DNA of 55,977 bases from a virus (Duplodnaviria > Caudoviricetes): IMG/VR virus record IMGVR_UViG_3300009180_000048, positions 1-55,977 of that record; one strand, written 5' to 3'. Positions 54,824 through 55,977 of the stretch are shown here, piece after piece. The translations under genes and the position numbers were made by a program. Positions within the stretch are counted from its first letter, which is position 1; every line of letters begins with the position of its first letter. The notes under the pieces were generated by a model that saw only the letters and a list, made by a program, of their open reading frames with translations, was not told the origin of the DNA and ran no database searches.

Positions 54824-55300
54824 ATGTTAGAAACACCAGACATATTGGTTCATATCGCATTTATGACTGAGCTTGCCGGTAAAGTATCTGGGATTCAGGT
54901 ATACGCATCTGGAAATAGTGATGAGTTATCATTTGCTACGGTAACTTCGGACAAAGGCACGATTGATCTGAACAAAATACCTGACGATACAGCGATATCA
55001 TATCTCCTGCGAAGGGCATCAGAATTTTGTGAGAAGTACCATATATGCGAAGCCTTCGCTAAGCACGTACCCGCCAGTCTACCGATAAAGGTTGTTATTA
55101 GCCTTCGTGTTATGCTTGATGAATACCCGACGAGGCAATTTACGTTATCCCGCAAGCGTAGCATTATTGGTGAGGTATACTTAGAGGTATTGGAGGAACC
55201 GATAGACGCCAAAATGCTTGGGGAAGCTATACCAACCGAAGTACAGGAGCAACTACATACAGACTGTAAGCAGTGGCTCCAAGAGCACGATTTACTTTGA
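54824..55300 (+). CDS. Hypothetical protein
   Basis: TGTTATGAT extended -10 and GGAG SD upstream. Confidence 0.6.
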   Translation: MLETPDILVHIAFMTELAGKVSGIQVYASGNSDELSFATVTSDKGTIDLNKIPDDTAISYLLRRASEFCEKYHICEAFAKHVPASLPIKVVISLRVMLDEYPTRQFTLSRKRSIIGEVYLEVLEEPIDAKMLGEAIPTEVQEQLHTDCKQWLQEHDLL

Positions 55301-55635
55301 GCACAAAGCCTTATTTTGTTTATGTTATACAAAGCCTCACGCCGTATACGGTTAACGGTAAAGTACACAAGCCGCCCTATTATGTAGGGATGACGACTGA
55401 TCCCATACGCAGGCTAAAGGAGCACAATGGTATCAGGCCAGGAGGGGGTAAATACACGTCAAAACACCGCCCCTGGAAGCTTGTTGCAATATACGGCACC
55501 TATCCTGATAGGTCTACAGCACTTAAGGCAGAATACGCACTTAAGCATAGTAGACGGGGGGAAGCGAGAACGCAATGGAGCCCTAAGGATTCACCGTTAT
55601 GTATACCGTACACAGGGTCTTTTCCAATCGGGTAA
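55273..55635 (+). CDS. GIY-YIG nuclease, Slx1/UPF0213-like (start may be TTG 55297)
   Basis: FVYVIQS, YVGMTTDPIRRLKEHN, KYTSKHRPW, AEYALK. Confidence 0.85.
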   Translation: MAPRARFTLSTKPYFVYVIQSLTPYTVNGKVHKPPYYVGMTTDPIRRLKEHNGIRPGGGKYTSKHRPWKLVAIYGTYPDRSTALKAEYALKHSRRGEARTQWSPKDSPLCIPYTGSFPIG

Positions 55636-55643
55636 GATAGAAA

Positions 55644-55677
55644 CAAAAGGATAGGAAATCGATTTCCTATCCTTTTG
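55644..55677. terminator. 34-bp perfect palindrome centred on GGAAATCGATTTCC
   Basis: CAAAAGGATAGGAAATCGATTTCCTATCCTTTTG. Confidence 0.65.
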
Positions 55678-55767
55678 TACGACTAACCAAAGTTATTTAT
55701 AGGTCTAATTCCTATTGAAATTTGATAGAAAGTCGATATAGGTTAGAGCAGTATAGGAGATGCAAAT

Positions 55768-55977
55768 ATGACTGAATGGATGAAAGAAGCCTACGAGAAA
55801 TATGGTAAAGAGATAGCATCCAAGGGCTTAACCCGTACAGGTGTTATGGCTTTAACGAAGTTAGGCGAGAGCCGGTCAAGACGATTGCTTGACTACGTTA
55901 GGCTAACAAATCCACATGATTCTACTGCACATAAGCCTACTGTACAAGAGCCTACACCTGTCTATAAGCCCATAGAG
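55768..55977 (+). CDS. N-terminal fragment of the next gene
   Basis: AGGAG SD; open to the end of the window. Confidence 0.55.
   Translation, partial: MTEWMKEAYEKYGKEIASKGLTRTGVMALTKLGESRSRRLLDYVRLTNPHDSTAHKPTVQEPTPVYKPIE

Larger units (their letters stand above)
911..55667. repeat. Dispersed palindrome family GGWAATCGATTWCC (~50 copies)
   Basis: Positions listed in the first finding. Confidence 0.95.

Noticed and set aside
1301-55368. Minus-strand ORFs in the track (e.g. 21341..21949, 26089..26790, 35427..35951)
   Set aside because: Antisense shadows of well-supported + strand genes, S/I/P-rich from strand skew, with no recognisable motifs
55273-55635. Homing endonuclease in an intron
   Set aside because: Short Slx1/UPF0213-type domain with no DNA-binding tail and no interrupted host gene
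911-55667. Recurring palindrome as a CRISPR array or REP/MITE family
   Set aside because: Only 14 bp, about 1 kb apart, often inside ORFs, with no shared flanks or target duplications and no cas or transposase gene
1-55977. Stop-codon reassignment
   Set aside because: Recognisable proteins are full length and end in TAA, TAG or TGA; no suppressor tRNA seen

Overview
This window is part of a large lytic myovirus genome with a bacterial host. Essentially all credible genes are on the + strand and the genetic code looks standard. About 0.2-32 kb is a neck / contractile-tail / baseplate module resembling both T4 and extracellular contractile injection systems: gp13/gp14/gp15-like proteins, sheath, two tubes, a chaperone with a -1 frameshift, tape measure, LysM, hub, spike, gp25, gp6, gp7 and fibres. 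It is interrupted by small accessory genes with their own promoters. About 32-56 kb is accessory: a 3D-domain protein, a beta sliding clamp, 10 canonical tRNAs plus 2 aberrant tRNA-like genes, a DNA methyltransferase, a type IB topoisomerase, a HAD phosphatase, an Rnl2 RNA ligase and a GIY-YIG nuclease. Five things are not explained by the annotation. (1) About 50 copies of a LacI-operator-like palindrome GGWAATCGATTWCC lie roughly every 1.1 kb, inside genes in all three frames, at stop codons, in terminators and next to promoters. (2) About 10 unrelated proteins, including the topoisomerase, share a T4 capsid-targeting-like N-terminus. (3) About 15 promoters carry an 11-bp-period tandem box at an orientation-specific fixed distance (38 or 31-32 nt) from the -10. 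(4) A set of leaderless GYTA-N10-ATG starts often abuts the palindrome. (5) The tRNA set includes Ile(UAU) and two structurally abnormal tRNAs. All counts are by eye and all product calls rest on motif recognition, not database searches.
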